From: Hormiphora californensis
Taxonomy: Eukaryota > Animalia > Ctenophora
Direction: 5' to 3'
Length of the DNA: 64,000 bases
Assembly: GCA_020137815.1 (NCBI GenBank)
Contig: CM035353.1
Location: 3,100,001-3,164,000 of the forward strand
Part shown: one piece after another, positions 63,441-64,000 of the stretch
How positions within the stretch are numbered: the stretch's first letter is position 1
Layout: each line of letters begins with the position of its first letter
Notes under the pieces: model-generated
The model's database searches: none
What the model was told of the DNA's origin: nothing
What the model saw: only the letters and a program-made list of their open reading frames with translations
Position numbers and translations under genes: made by a program

Positions 63441-64000
63441 TGCAGCATAATGTTACTAGAAACTGCATGAGGCGAAATCTAGAGAAAATTTCATTATCTG
63501 TCCACGTATTTGCCAGTATTTTTATCATTAACATAATATAATATTATATGCTAGCTGTATATATGTATATATTGTGTGTAATATTGCTTTGTTTTTGTTC
63601 CAATTGATGATCAATGTAAATACATGTAATATCACTTGTTCACTCCGTTCAAACATCAAAAATCTAAAGGGCCTAAATACCCAAATTTTATTTATTTATT
63701 TTGAACACTACATCGTAACAAAAATGCTATTGGAGTCCCAAAAAACATAGGTACACGCCCCACGGGCCCAATGTTACCCCAGGGGAGCCCCTCATATTGG
63801 GGCCGGCCCAGTTGGGGTCCCCTTGTAAACACGCTTGATCCTCTCTGACACGCTTGATCCTCTGTGAAATTTGAAGTTTTGGGTAAAATTTAGCCTTGTG
63901 TTTCAGGTGAGTACATAATCTTTCTTGGCTCTGTATTCTGGTAATTTTTCTCCTAGTTTTGATAGGCTTAAATAATAATTGATGAGAAAGATTATGAAAT

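Overview
Repeat-rich eukaryotic (animal) genomic DNA, not prokaryotic. The gene style and the dense gene nesting suggest a non-bilaterian invertebrate such as a ctenophore, but this is inference only. The main structure is not visible in the ORF track: the 3' half of a minus-strand SBF/MTMR5-13 myotubularin pseudophosphatase gene, with 14 phase-compatible GT-AG exons read by hand from 57985 down to 20707. Its introns host other genes. A 5-Ig transmembrane receptor with a tyrosine-motif-rich tail lies on the same strand inside the ~24.4-kb last intron, and a tRNA-His lies in another intron. A cytosolic sulfotransferase and a rhodopsin-family GPCR probably lie in the upstream intron. Both ends of the giant last intron carry tandemly multiplied splice signals. 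The rest of the window is a dense mix of transposons, many with readable TIRs and TSDs: Merlin, hAT, Kolobok-like, EnSpm-like, Harbinger, pogo/Tc1, MULE-like, Helitron, CRE, LOA-like LINE and Penelope-like elements, plus tandem arrays, segmental duplications and one low-quality assembly stretch (~34200-35160). All coordinates were read manually and may be off by a few bases.
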